20,000 bases of DNA, taken from the IMG/VR virus record IMGVR_UViG_3300035698_023758; one strand, 5' to 3'. The DNA comes from an uncultured virus (IMG/VR IMGVR_UViG_3300035698_023758) (taxonomy: Duplodnaviria; Heunggongvirae; Uroviricota; Caudoviricetes). The notes under the pieces were generated by a model. It saw only the letters and a program-made list of their open reading frames with translations, had not been told where the DNA came from and ran no database searches. Below are positions 1-8,687 of the stretch, piece after piece (the stretch's first letter is position 1; each line of letters begins with the position of its first letter). The position numbers and the translations under genes are program-made.

Positions 1-1614
1 TACTTGAATATCAAAGCGATTACTTTGTAAATCTTTAATAATATCTGGGACGATTATTTTTTGTCTATTGTAGATCGCGAACACATAGATAGATTGTGTT
101 TTACTATTAAAGTAACCATTTGTTGTTATCGATAGGCTATTTTCTTCTCTGTTGAAAGTAATTGTGTTAACTGATAATGGTGATGTTCCAGTTGTAATTT
201 GACTGCTAACCTGTGCTAACTTACCGGTTAGAAGGATTTGATTAAATCCATCAGTGTCTAATCCAGACATTGCATCCGAGATTAAATTAGAATTTAAGAA
301 TCCATTTGTGTCAACTGTGCATCCTTCTAAATTCCCGTATTCTCCTGGATCATCTATTAAGTTATTTGTTATTTCTTGTAGTGCTTTATCCGCATCAGAA
401 TTTTTGGTAACTAGGTATGCTTCAATTGTTATATTGCCACCATCTCTAACAGCACCAAAATCTTCGAACCCAGCGTCGATTTGTGGTCTATATAAAAATG
501 GTATTGTTGATTTAGTAAATCCTTTTTTAGCATAATTGCTAAATATTGTGTCTACTTGGCAGACATTTTCTATTGTTATTTCTTCTGTCTCATATGGTGA
601 TGGTAGTTTTTCGTTTGGGCGTATTAATCTTTTTCCGTCACTGGACCACCATAAATTAGATATTAGAATTTCAAATCCAAATAATCTGAATATGTTGATT
701 ATAGATCGTCTTGATCCAGATAGATTTTGAAATTCTACTGTTCTTAGTAATACAGCTTTTCTTAATGCGTCTAAAGACTTTGGAAAATATGGTAAATCCC
801 ATCCCAACAATGAAGATAGGTATGGGATAGCTTCAGCCGGTGTTTTAAACACCCAATTTAAACTTTTTAACAGATTTTGTTCATCAAAGACATCTTGCAG
901 GACATCTGTGAATGGCCTATATAATCCAATTGTGGTGTCTTTTGATTTTGATGAATTTGTTAGGTATGGTGGCGGTGTTAAGTTGTAAAATTCATTGATA
1001 ACATCGCCTGGATGATTTATCTCAAGTTTTAAGCGAGTAATTGATTCTTGATTTATATCTATACATAAGAATTCTTTTACACCGTTTTTAGATATTACTC
1101 TGTTAAAATACCCAGCTTCATAAACTAAATTGTAGGTATCTGCCGGTAATAATTCCACTTCTATCAGCACGTCAGATAAATCATAATATGCAGCATCTGG
1201 GTAATATGGGACTGTGTCCATAACTCCAGTTGAAGACACAAAATAAAATGTACTATCATTATCAGCGTCGGCAATATTTATTATATTATTATTTCTGTCT
1301 CGGATTTCATAATCTTCAACGTCGATTTGTTTGTCTAACAATTGAGATTTTGTCAGTAGTTTTGAATATAATTCTCTGTCTGGTGATCGCTTTCCTACAT
1401 TATCATGCCCGGCAACTTTTGCTACTTTTGGGACATCTTCGACATATATTTTTATACTAAAGACATTGTTATTTGTAATTGGTGATCCATCATAACTTCT
1501 TTTGTGCGGCACAACCAAAACTACTGGTAGGCCGAAGGGCCGCCATGCGGTTCTGTTGTTATTGATTGGCATTAAAGCGAAGCTGGGGTTATGTCTGTCA
1601 TTAATTGTGGTCAT
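1..1614 (-). CDS. Large putative baseplate/tail protein with P2 gpI (Tail_P2_I)-like segment; runs off the left edge (>=538 aa)
   Basis: Not in ORF track. Hand translation is open from ATG at 1614 (GGAG RBS upstream) to position 1: MTTINDRHNPSFALMP...LYRPFTDVLQDVFDEQNLLKSLNWVFKTPAEAIPYLSSLLGWDLPYFPKSLDALRKAVLLRTVEFQNLSGSRRSIINIFRLFGFEI. The PYLxxLLGW...R...GS/TxxxI pattern matches gpI-like baseplate wedge proteins. Confidence 0.72.
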   Translation of the reverse strand, partial: MTTINDRHNPSFALMPINNNRTAWRPFGLPVVLVVPHKRSYDGSPITNNNVFSIKIYVEDVPKVAKVAGHDNVGKRSPDRELYSKLLTKSQLLDKQIDVEDYEIRDRNNNIINIADADNDSTFYFVSSTGVMDTVPYYPDAAYYDLSDVLIEVELLPADTYNLVYEAGYFNRVISKNGVKEFLCIDINQESITRLKLEINHPGDVINEFYNLTPPPYLTNSSKSKDTTIGLYRPFTDVLQDVFDEQNLLKSLNWVFKTPAEAIPYLSSLLGWDLPYFPKSLDALRKAVLLRTVEFQNLSGSRRSIINIFRLFGFEILISNLWWSSDGKRLIRPNEKLPSPYETEEITIENVCQVDTIFSNYAKKGFTKSTIPFLYRPQIDAGFEDFGAVRDGGNITIEAYLVTKNSDADKALQEITNNLIDDPGEYGNLEGCTVDTNGFLNSNLISDAMSGLDTDGFNQILLTGKLAQVSSQITTGTSPLSVNTITFNREENSLSITTNGYFNSKTQSIYVFAIYNRQKIIVPDIIKDLQSNRFDIQV

Positions 1615-1628
1615 GTATTCTCCAATTT

Positions 1629-1646
1629 TATTTATATTTATTTATA
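1629..1646 (-). promoter_or_regulatory. Two tandem TATAAATA boxes (T4-late-promoter-like) upstream of the baseplate-like gene
   Basis: Plus strand tatttata at 1629-1636 and 1639-1646 reads TATAAATA on minus, 15-30 nt before ATG 1614. AT-rich context lowers significance. Confidence 0.45.
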
Positions 1647-1661
1647 CCTATTAGGATTTTC

Positions 1662-2168
1662 ATGAAATTATCTGCTATAAATGAAGATAAAAATATAAGC
1701 AATATTATTTACAATCATCTACATAAGTATAAATCTAACGGTGAACCGGTTTCATATAAAATTTCAGTAGATGATATACCTATAATATTAAATATTGTCG
1801 CAATGGATAGTCATCCAGATAAAGACTACTTTATGTCTGGGGTACCACTTAAAATAGGAGGGAATGCGGGAAATAAAATAACAGTCAACATAATGTATGA
1901 TTACTCTAAAATTAAAGAAGTAAACATGGATAATATATTAAATACCATTAAGTATGTAACACATCATGAATTTGATCACCCAAAAGGAGACAATAACCAC
2001 AAGGAATATCATGTAGCTAGGCATGAACTGGAAGCTGACGCAAATGCAATAAATAAATTGAAGATAACTTCTTGGGATGAATTAAAACGTATTGCTCCTC
2101 ATTTGCCATTTAATGATTTTAAATGGCGTAAGATGTTAATTGATACTATTGGTAGAAAATTGACTTAG
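1662..2168 (+). CDS. Putative zincin-like (HExxH) metallopeptidase, 168 aa
   Basis: ATG 1662 (MKLSAINEDK) with AGGA upstream; motif VTHHEFDH followed by HELEADANA (HExxH plus downstream Glu). Confidence 0.55.
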   Translation: MKLSAINEDKNISNIIYNHLHKYKSNGEPVSYKISVDDIPIILNIVAMDSHPDKDYFMSGVPLKIGGNAGNKITVNIMYDYSKIKEVNMDNILNTIKYVTHHEFDHPKGDNNHKEYHVARHELEADANAINKLKITSWDELKRIAPHLPFNDFKWRKMLIDTIGRKLT

Positions 2169-2190
2169 GTTTTTTCTGTAAATATATTAT

Positions 2191-2688
2191 ATGATTAATC
2201 CAGCGGGTAATTTGTTCTTTAAAGATGATTACGGTGTCACTTATTTAGTTGAGTGGGAAACCGTAAGAGATCTATTAGATATAACGACTACAACAAAACA
2301 ACCATATGTTTGGGGCGAAGAAGATCAAGCATATGTTAAAAATCGCGTATTATTCAAGCGTGGTGTAATTACAGTTGAAAGACAAATTTTAAAAACATTG
2401 GAAAATGGATACGCTATCATAGCTGAGGGTGCATCACAAATCTGTGACTTCATACAGATGAATTTTCCATGTGAAACGGGACCATCTGATAATTTTACAT
2501 ATCATTTAAATTGTGCTATTGAAGATGATGTATTATTTAAAGTTTCGGATGGCCCACATTGGGCTGATGTAGAAGTTTTAAGCGACATCGACGCGGTCTG
2601 GGGGATTGTTGATTCAGATGGATCTCCTGGAGATCTAACATCAACCGGTGGTGTTATACCCTTAGAATGGATTGATGTCTGGACATAA
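2191..2688 (+). CDS. Hypothetical acidic protein, 165 aa
   Basis: Clean ORF preceded by GTAAATATA; no recognisable motif. Confidence 0.7.
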   Translation: MINPAGNLFFKDDYGVTYLVEWETVRDLLDITTTTKQPYVWGEEDQAYVKNRVLFKRGVITVERQILKTLENGYAIIAEGASQICDFIQMNFPCETGPSDNFTYHLNCAIEDDVLFKVSDGPHWADVEVLSDIDAVWGIVDSDGSPGDLTSTGGVIPLEWIDVWT

Positions 2689-2730
2689 CACATAACACAT
2701 ATCAATATCTGATACGTGTGGGGATCTAAT

Positions 2731-4458
2731 ATGAAAATATCATTGACTATATTATTTATAATGCTTTGTGCAACATGTAACGCACAAAAACCGGATTTCA
2801 ATTTAGTCACCGGGCAAGAAATAAATAATAACTCCAATACAGTAACAGGAGTGCCAACACCAGCCGACGCTGTTGCCCTAGCTGTGGCAGATCTGGGTAA
2901 AATGACCCAAGATATAAGACCATTCCAAAGATACATTTGGATACCAGAACCATCAAAAGCCAAAATAGGGGCAATATCCTACACATTAAATTTAGCATGC
3001 TCAAGAGCATCAACAATAATAAAACCAGCCATACTCGGCAATGGCCAATTAATAAGATGTGACCTACGATCACTCGCTCCAAGAGACGGCCAATTAAATG
3101 AAATGATCAAATTATGGGAAAGTTTCCAATTTGAGCCATACTTTCATATTACAAAATCATCAAATAGCATATTACCAGTAAACGCCGTTACAGTGGAACC
3201 AGTGTTGGGAGATCCGGTAGGATCAATACGATTTAATATCGATGACCAGCAATGGATGAAGACTCTTGACAACACATTCTTAGTGTGGGACGGTAATGAC
3301 TGGATTATCACGCAAGCACCAATCCAATTTTCAAAATCACAAGTGTCAACGTATGGTGCACATTGTGGATTAGAACAATCTGTTATACTACAAAGTTTGA
3401 CACAATCAAATGCCGCAATAGTGAGATATGATTATTTCTTGACTAAAGCATTAAGCACAACTAACGGTGGAATGTATTATGACTTTGTTGGGATAAAGTC
3501 AAATCCATCCGGTAAGTCAGCTCAATCAGCATTTTTAGAATCACTTGGTGCTAATGAGAAATTAGTGGAATCACTGCGGTCAGACCAAAGAGCAGCAATG
3601 TTTAGATCAAACGTGACCGGCAAACCAAGAAGAATCGATGCATTTTATGGTGTTGGGGTAAGACCAAGCAGCGGTACTGGTCTTATTACAATAACATATG
3701 ATTTAAGTGATGAAAATGTTGACCCACGATCTGACCCAATACGAAACTTGTTGGATTTCAAAGACAATGCTAGGGAAGTTATTGCTGAAAGATCAAATGG
3801 ATTGCATGTATTCGCATTATTTGATAATAATGGTGGGTTACAAGATGTTGCCCCGGATAATATTGTAAAAGATCATACCGTTCCTGCTCCTCATACTGCT
3901 AGATTACAACCGGCTATTAGTTGTATTCGGTGTCATGCGGCTAGTGAAGGATTTCAGCCATTTGAAAATGATGTCCAAAAGATGCTTTCTGGATTATTAG
4001 ATGTTTTTGGGGATCTTGATAGTAAGTCTTCTGTTCCAGATACATTAGATAGATTAGCTGGGTTATATGCTGGTGATCTTAGCAAACCACTTAGAAGGGC
4101 TAGGGATGATTATAATTCTGCGATATTTAGGGCAACTGATGGGATGGGTGCTACTAGTGTTGGGAATATGGTGGCTGATATTTATGGTAATTATAACTAT
4201 AATTTAATTGATGCTTACACTGCATGTTTAGAGCTTGGTTATGATGTTCCGGAAAAACAGGCACATCAGTACCTTAATCAATTGGTTCCACCATTAAACA
4301 GGGATTCTATTGGAATTAGCCCTGAAGATCCTATTATTGGTGCTTTAAAGGCTGGTTTAAAAGTTAATAGATATCAGTTTGAACAGGTATATGCTGATCT
4401 TGCATTTAGAGCACTTCAAACACGTAAAGAACAAAATAAACAATCCACACAAAAATAA
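2731..4458 (+). CDS. Secreted single-CxxCH (heme c) protein, 575 aa
   Basis: Sec-type signal peptide MKISLTILFIMLCATCNA|Q. The block DNAREVIAERSNGLHVFALFDNNGGLQDVAPDNIVKD...ISCIRCH resembles an uncharacterised bacterial monoheme family recalled from Planctomycetes and other bacteria. Confidence 0.75.
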   Translation: MKISLTILFIMLCATCNAQKPDFNLVTGQEINNNSNTVTGVPTPADAVALAVADLGKMTQDIRPFQRYIWIPEPSKAKIGAISYTLNLACSRASTIIKPAILGNGQLIRCDLRSLAPRDGQLNEMIKLWESFQFEPYFHITKSSNSILPVNAVTVEPVLGDPVGSIRFNIDDQQWMKTLDNTFLVWDGNDWIITQAPIQFSKSQVSTYGAHCGLEQSVILQSLTQSNAAIVRYDYFLTKALSTTNGGMYYDFVGIKSNPSGKSAQSAFLESLGANEKLVESLRSDQRAAMFRSNVTGKPRRIDAFYGVGVRPSSGTGLITITYDLSDENVDPRSDPIRNLLDFKDNAREVIAERSNGLHVFALFDNNGGLQDVAPDNIVKDHTVPAPHTARLQPAISCIRCHAASEGFQPFENDVQKMLSGLLDVFGDLDSKSSVPDTLDRLAGLYAGDLSKPLRRARDDYNSAIFRATDGMGATSVGNMVADIYGNYNYNLIDAYTACLELGYDVPEKQAHQYLNQLVPPLNRDSIGISPEDPIIGALKAGLKVNRYQFEQVYADLAFRALQTRKEQNKQSTQK

Positions 4459-4501
4459 GACAGAAAGACCGTATTTCAAATCGAGATCGCGGAGAAAAAT
4501 C

Positions 4502-5386
4502 ATGAAATCGATCGTAAAGTGTTGTTGCCGAATCTTAATCGTTAATCTGCCAATTGTTTTGGCAATAGCAATTATAACTTCTAGCAATTATGACAGTGCT
4601 ACAGCGGGTAGAAGATCAAGATGCTTCACTAGTTGTCAGCCCGTACAGCATGTACAGCATGTGCAACATGTCGCACAGCCCGTTATCCAAAGACAAGTAG
4701 AAACAAAAGTTGAAAATCAAACAACTGTTGTTAATAATCTTGTTGGGATTCCAGTTCCTGTAACATACAATGAGCCCATAACCGCTCAAGGTTCAACAGT
4801 TTATGGGTACTCAGCATTATCTGATTCCTACAGTAACATTGATCTAGGATTGCTTTATAACCAAGCGGCAAGACTTACTGATCAGGCACAACAATTAGCT
4901 GGTCAAGCCCACATGGATTTTTCAGCAATTGTTCAATCTGAAGGTCAGAACAGAGCAGAAGTTGCTAAAATTCTTGCTCAGGGTCAAGCGGCAAGGGAAG
5001 CTTTATCAGCATCTCGTGGCAGTGAATTACAACCAATCACTAAATCATTTGCATTTAAGGTTAGCCAGGGTTCAAATGGCGAATTAAAAGTAGAAAAAAT
5101 TGAAAAGACTTCTGGATCTGAACCAGAGAATTTTGATTTGGCTACTCCTGATATTAAAGATGTTTCACAACTTTTAAACAATAAGTGCGTTTCTTGTCAT
5201 AATTCTAATAACGCTCAGGGTGGGTTAAACCTATTAGGTGAAATCTCTGAAGATCAGCAAGATTCAATATTAAAGCGTGTCACAACCGATAATCTTGACA
5301 AAAGAATGCCAAGAAATTCGGATGGTGCTGGACAAAAATTGTCCATAGACGAATTAAGTGTATTATTTCGAGCTATGGGGAAATAA
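4502..5386 (+). CDS. Secreted protein with C-terminal planctomycete cytochrome c (PSCyt1-like) domain, 294 aa
   Basis: ATG 4502 with GGAG RBS; signal peptide ending SATA|; Q/H/V-rich segment; Ala/Gln-rich helical region; then LLNNKCVSCHNSNNAQGGLNLL...SILKRVTTDNLDKRMP (CxxCH, GGLxL, distal MP Met ligand). Confidence 0.82.
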   Translation: MKSIVKCCCRILIVNLPIVLAIAIITSSNYDSATAGRRSRCFTSCQPVQHVQHVQHVAQPVIQRQVETKVENQTTVVNNLVGIPVPVTYNEPITAQGSTVYGYSALSDSYSNIDLGLLYNQAARLTDQAQQLAGQAHMDFSAIVQSEGQNRAEVAKILAQGQAAREALSASRGSELQPITKSFAFKVSQGSNGELKVEKIEKTSGSEPENFDLATPDIKDVSQLLNNKCVSCHNSNNAQGGLNLLGEISEDQQDSILKRVTTDNLDKRMPRNSDGAGQKLSIDELSVLFRAMGK

Positions 5387-5400
5387 TTAAGGAGATTAAA

Positions 5401-5796
5401 ATGAAATTGGTTATGGTTGTGTTATTGGTTATGGTTGCGTTATTGGTTGCACCATTTGATGTGCAAGCACAGTGTGGTGGTCAGGCATTTATTCAACAGA
5501 ATGTTGGTGGTCAGGCATTTATTCAACAGAATGTTGGTGGTTTACAATGTGTAAATGGTGTCTGCTTTCAGCAACAGCAGGTATTTGTTCAACCACAATC
5601 TGTTGGATTTTTTGCTGCTAGTCAGCCGTCTTTCATTTCGCGACAATTTGTGAGCCAACCAGTTGCTTTCAACAGGGCAGCTGTTGTTGTGCCTCGTGTT
5701 CAAAGAACAGTTATTAGGAATAATGGTCGTGTTCAGAGAGTTAGAACAGTTAACCGTGGTGTACGAAGAAGCCGACAGGCAATAATCATTCGTTAA
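5401..5796 (+). CDS. Small secreted Gln/Val/Arg-rich low-complexity protein, 131 aa
   Basis: AAGGAG RBS; signal peptide ending VQA|; QCGG...CVNGVC motif; Arg-rich tail; last gene before a terminator. Confidence 0.8.
   Translation: MKLVMVVLLVMVALLVAPFDVQAQCGGQAFIQQNVGGQAFIQQNVGGLQCVNGVCFQQQQVFVQPQSVGFFAASQPSFISRQFVSQPVAFNRAAVVVPRVQRTVIRNNGRVQRVRTVNRGVRRSRQAIIIR
5475..5541 (+). repeat. Perfect 30-bp in-frame tandem duplication (GGQAFIQQNV x2)
   Basis: tggtggtcaggcatttattcaacagaatgt at 5475-5504 and 5505-5534, plus a 7-nt partial third copy. Confidence 0.95.
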
Positions 5797-5815
5797 TTTA
5801 AAATGTTGAATATAT

Positions 5816-5849
5816 AAGAGCCCTATTAATTTTTGTTAATAGGGCTCTT
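5816..5849. terminator. 14-bp-stem hairpin, probable intrinsic terminator of the cytochrome operon (possibly bidirectional)
   Basis: aagagccctattaa-tttttg-ttaatagggctctt, starting 20 nt after the stop at 5796. Confidence 0.8.
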
Positions 5850-5910
5850 GTTGTATTTAAGACGGGCCACTTTCTTTGTTTTTCCTTAAATTCCCTATCC
5901 GATGAAACTT

Positions 5911-5939
5911 CTTATAAGGATAGAACCAGATTATGTCAA
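5911..5939 (-). promoter_or_regulatory. Near-consensus sigma70-type promoter TTGACA-17-TATAAG pointing leftwards
   Basis: Minus strand reads TTGACA taatctggttctatcct TATAAG (plus strand tgtcaa 5934-5939, cttata 5911-5916). Confidence 0.6.
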
Positions 5940-5982
5940 GGGAAGGGAAAGAAAGTGCATTCCTTGATGATAGAAAGACAAT

Positions 5983-6180
5983 ATGAAGATAAGTGGCGTT
6001 TTTACAAAAGATGAAATAAAGTCAGCTTTAATTTTAGGAGCAAGAATTGAAAATGCCAAAGGCGGGCAAACAATCTTAAGATTTCAAAGTAAGAGCGTTT
6101 TCACCAGTTGGATAAAAGACCAAAAAGATTTATACCCAGAAAGATGGAAACATCTAATAAAAATAAAAACTGATGAATAA
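5983..6180 (+). CDS. Hypothetical basic protein, 65 aa
   Basis: ORF fills the gap and converges neatly on the stop of the next gene at 6184. Confidence 0.6.
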   Translation: MKISGVFTKDEIKSALILGARIENAKGGQTILRFQSKSVFTSWIKDQKDLYPERWKHLIKIKTDE

Positions 6181-6183
6181 TTG

Positions 6184-6597
6184 TTATTCGCGAACAATCG
6201 CAGATAAACTAGAAATAGTAACCACACCACCAACTGAAAAATCGATATTATCAAAAGTAATATCCCCAGAACCACCCTTTTCAGTCACGTCGCCATCTAT
6301 AACCGCTTCATCATTTTTATTATATATTCTAAACCAACCAGCCCTACCAGAAGCAAGAACACTAGTTTCACTAGAAATTGGATTAGACGAAGCATTACCA
6401 TTATTAAAAGATTTAAATGCTGGGTTTGAAAATTCTAAAACTGCGAGAACTATGCCAATGGCAGATGATTGTGGGGATGCCGGTTTAGCCCCTGTCCTAA
6501 TCTCTATATAACCATTTGCTTTAGATCCAACATCAATTAAATCAACAATGCAATCACCAGATTTATTTCTAGCTTCGGTATTTATTCTAATAGTCAT
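6184..6597 (-). CDS. Conserved phage virion-type beta-rich protein, 137 aa
   Basis: ATG 6597 overlaps the upstream TGA (ATGA). Pattern RN...IDxG...IxTGxxPA...LAxLxFSNPAF...GxAGWFRI...IDGxV...GGSGDITFDN is recalled from a widespread phage structural family. Confidence 0.7.
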   Translation of the reverse strand: MTIRINTEARNKSGDCIVDLIDVGSKANGYIEIRTGAKPASPQSSAIGIVLAVLEFSNPAFKSFNNGNASSNPISSETSVLASGRAGWFRIYNKNDEAVIDGDVTEKGGSGDITFDNIDFSVGGVVTISSLSAIVRE

Positions 6598-6851
6598 GTC
6601 GATGTCCGTTTCCAAGTTGCAGTTATAACACCAGATTCTTTTCTACTAATCACTTTTTTATATAAAACATTAGAAACAGCATTGTAATAATAATCACCCC
6701 TATGCGTATTTGGGTCTGGTTCAAAAGCTGTTGGCTCAACAATTTCAGCACCATCTAATTCAAGGAACCTGGCTGGATTATATCCACCAGTCTGTATCCC
6801 TCTTCTAACCGATAGGTCATCTAAAAATTCTTGAGGATTATGTCTAGTCAT
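6594..6851 (-). CDS. Hypothetical protein, 85 aa
   Basis: AAGGA RBS; translationally coupled to the downstream gene; GDYYYN...LYKK motif like short tail-associated modules. Confidence 0.7.
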   Translation of the reverse strand: MTRHNPQEFLDDLSVRRGIQTGGYNPARFLELDGAEIVEPTAFEPDPNTHRGDYYYNAVSNVLYKKVISRKESGVITATWKRTST

Positions 6852-6881
6852 AAAAACATCCTTACTTTTATATTTACCAAG

Positions 6882-6890
6882 TGATATAAT
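6882..6890 (+). promoter_or_regulatory. Extended -10 element TGaTATAAT upstream of the 7036-9512 cluster
   Basis: gtgatataat at 6881-6890. The same 9-mer occurs on the minus strand at 12848-12856, upstream of the 585-aa gene. Confidence 0.4.
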
Positions 6891-7035
6891 ATATTTGAAA
6901 GTATTTTAACAACAAACCATAAATATTACACTAAAGGCTCAATATATGGGTAATGTAAAATTGATTTCAGCAGCATTTCTTAATTTAACGCGATAATAGA
7001 ATCATGCAACATTCTTTCAATAAACAATATTTAAA

Positions 7036-7236
7036 ATGAGAGAATCCATGAAAAGCTTATTATATCATCTACTTGTTATAGCATTTGTAGGATCTATCTC
7101 AATTTCTATCCCGCGTATTTATAATGTATTCATTGTTGAAGAATATTATAATATTACGATTGAAGAGAATTTAAAATATGGGATAAATATGGATAATATA
7201 AACATCGGTCCATTAAATACACAAAAGGAAAAATAA
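7036..7236 (+). CDS. Small membrane protein, about 62-66 aa
   Basis: Hydrophobic segment LLYHLLVIAFVGSISISI; stop abuts the next start. Confidence 0.55.
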   Translation: MRESMKSLLYHLLVIAFVGSISISIPRIYNVFIVEEYYNITIEENLKYGINMDNINIGPLNTQKEK

Positions 7237-7237
7237 A

Positions 7238-7942
7238 ATGAAAATCAAACATGTTACATTAACTGGGGCAGACAACCAATCATCAATAGAAAAAATGCTC
7301 GAATTACACAATGAATTCACGTTCATTGAGTGGGGAATTTTATTCTCAAGTTCAAGCATGGGATCTCCAAGATACCCTACACATGATTGGATTAAAAAAC
7401 TATGTTCACATAACATGCGATTATCGGCCCATATGTGTGGTAAATTAGTCGATGACGCTATGAAATTTGGTACTATCATAGATGAAGACATTAAACTTTT
7501 AGTCGAATCTTTTACCCGCGTTCAATTTAATCTTTCTAAGGGAAGATTAAAAAAAACCCTATCTAATCCAGAATGTCGTATTTGGGATTTTGATTTTTCT
7601 GATATCATATTTGGCGGTGCATTTAGTCAATGCATGAATCTATTAGACCCCATATTGCTAGAACAAAGAAAAATTAGCCCATTATTTGATTCATCTGGTG
7701 GTAGGGGAGTGTTATCAGAATGGCCAAAAATCCCCAATCACAACTTTGGACCATTATGGTGTGGATACGCTGGCGGTCTTGGGCCAAACAACATTGTCGA
7801 TGAATTATTTAAAATCGAAGAAGCTGTTGGTGATGCTGAAATCTGGATAGACATGGAAAGTAAAATACGAAATAGTAATAATGAATTAGACTTTGATCTT
7901 TGTGAAAAAGTCTTAAAGGCTATTGAACCATTTACAAAATGA
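7238..7942 (+). CDS. Phosphoribosylanthranilate isomerase (TrpF)-like TIM-barrel protein, phage type
   Basis: Motifs VTLTGAD, EWGILFS, PRYP, SAHMCG, LFDSSGGRG, GYAGGLGPNN, WIDMESKIR parallel TrpF DS..GGTG / LAGGL.PEN / DVSSGVE. Confidence 0.8.
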   Translation: MKIKHVTLTGADNQSSIEKMLELHNEFTFIEWGILFSSSSMGSPRYPTHDWIKKLCSHNMRLSAHMCGKLVDDAMKFGTIIDEDIKLLVESFTRVQFNLSKGRLKKTLSNPECRIWDFDFSDIIFGGAFSQCMNLLDPILLEQRKISPLFDSSGGRGVLSEWPKIPNHNFGPLWCGYAGGLGPNNIVDELFKIEEAVGDAEIWIDMESKIRNSNNELDFDLCEKVLKAIEPFTK

Positions 7943-8385
7943 GTAATACATCAAAACAAATTTGCATAATAGCAGCCGCTATTAGAGATGAATTAAATAA
8001 TAGATTGGATGCTAATTATTGGTATGTCACAGATTGGCATAATATAACACACAGTTGCGAAATATATTATGATAAAGTTGATCCATCTTGTTACTTTTAT
8101 ATTGGATTTATTTTAAACATTTGCCCAATAGATGGTATAAGATTTTATTCACATATGGTGCCAAATTATTTTTTCGATGTTGAATTTGAAAAAAGAAAAG
8201 AACTAGATTATATCATAACCGATATCCATAACCCAAATTACATCGATTTATGTATAAACCATATTAATAAAATAATAAGCATCAATAAGATTTGCTTAGA
8301 AAAAAGAAAAATATTCGCTTCACAAGAAGAACACCATGCGATGACATTCGAACGATGCTCAGAGACATTGTTATGGGAACGATAA
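7939..8385 (+). CDS. Hypothetical protein, 148 aa (DIHNPNYID paralog motif)
   Basis: ATGA overlap with the previous gene. Confidence 0.7.
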   Translation: MSNTSKQICIIAAAIRDELNNRLDANYWYVTDWHNITHSCEIYYDKVDPSCYFYIGFILNICPIDGIRFYSHMVPNYFFDVEFEKRKELDYIITDIHNPNYIDLCINHINKIISINKICLEKRKIFASQEEHHAMTFERCSETLLWER

Positions 8386-8687
8386 AATGCACTGACCCTA
8401 TTATAATTGCAATTGTTGAATACATCTGCAATTATACTGTAATTGATAAGAATGACGTATGTTCACATAAGCATTCTAACAACAAATCACTACAAATGGT
8501 TGAATTGTCTTACTATGACACTAAAAATCATATATTGTTAGAAATAACTCAAAATGAAATAACTATTTTTAGATGGAGACAATCACAATTTGACCCGCAT
8601 GAAATCATAACTTTTAACTTGTCAGACCCAAGAAGTATTCCAAGGGCAATGATTTCATTAAAGGAGATGCTTTGGAATTTGGCATAA
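8373..8687 (+). CDS. Hypothetical protein, 104 aa (FNLSDPRSI paralog motif)
   Basis: ATG 8373 chosen to minimise overlap with the previous gene. Confidence 0.65.
   Translation: MGTIKCTDPIIIAIVEYICNYTVIDKNDVCSHKHSNNKSLQMVELSYYDTKNHILLEITQNEITIFRWRQSQFDPHEIITFNLSDPRSIPRAMISLKEMLWNLA

Noticed and set aside
254..1460. Plus-strand ORFs 254-535, 536-730 and 1230-1460
   Set aside because: Antisense shadows of the long minus-strand ORF <1-1614.
2502..5181. Minus-strand ORFs 2502-2963, 2807-3082, 4357-4587 and 4984-5181
   Set aside because: Overlap well-supported plus-strand genes; no motifs.
5895..5925. Hammerhead-like ccgatgaaac segment within stems
   Set aside because: Lacks the CUGAnGA core and the stem II arrangement.
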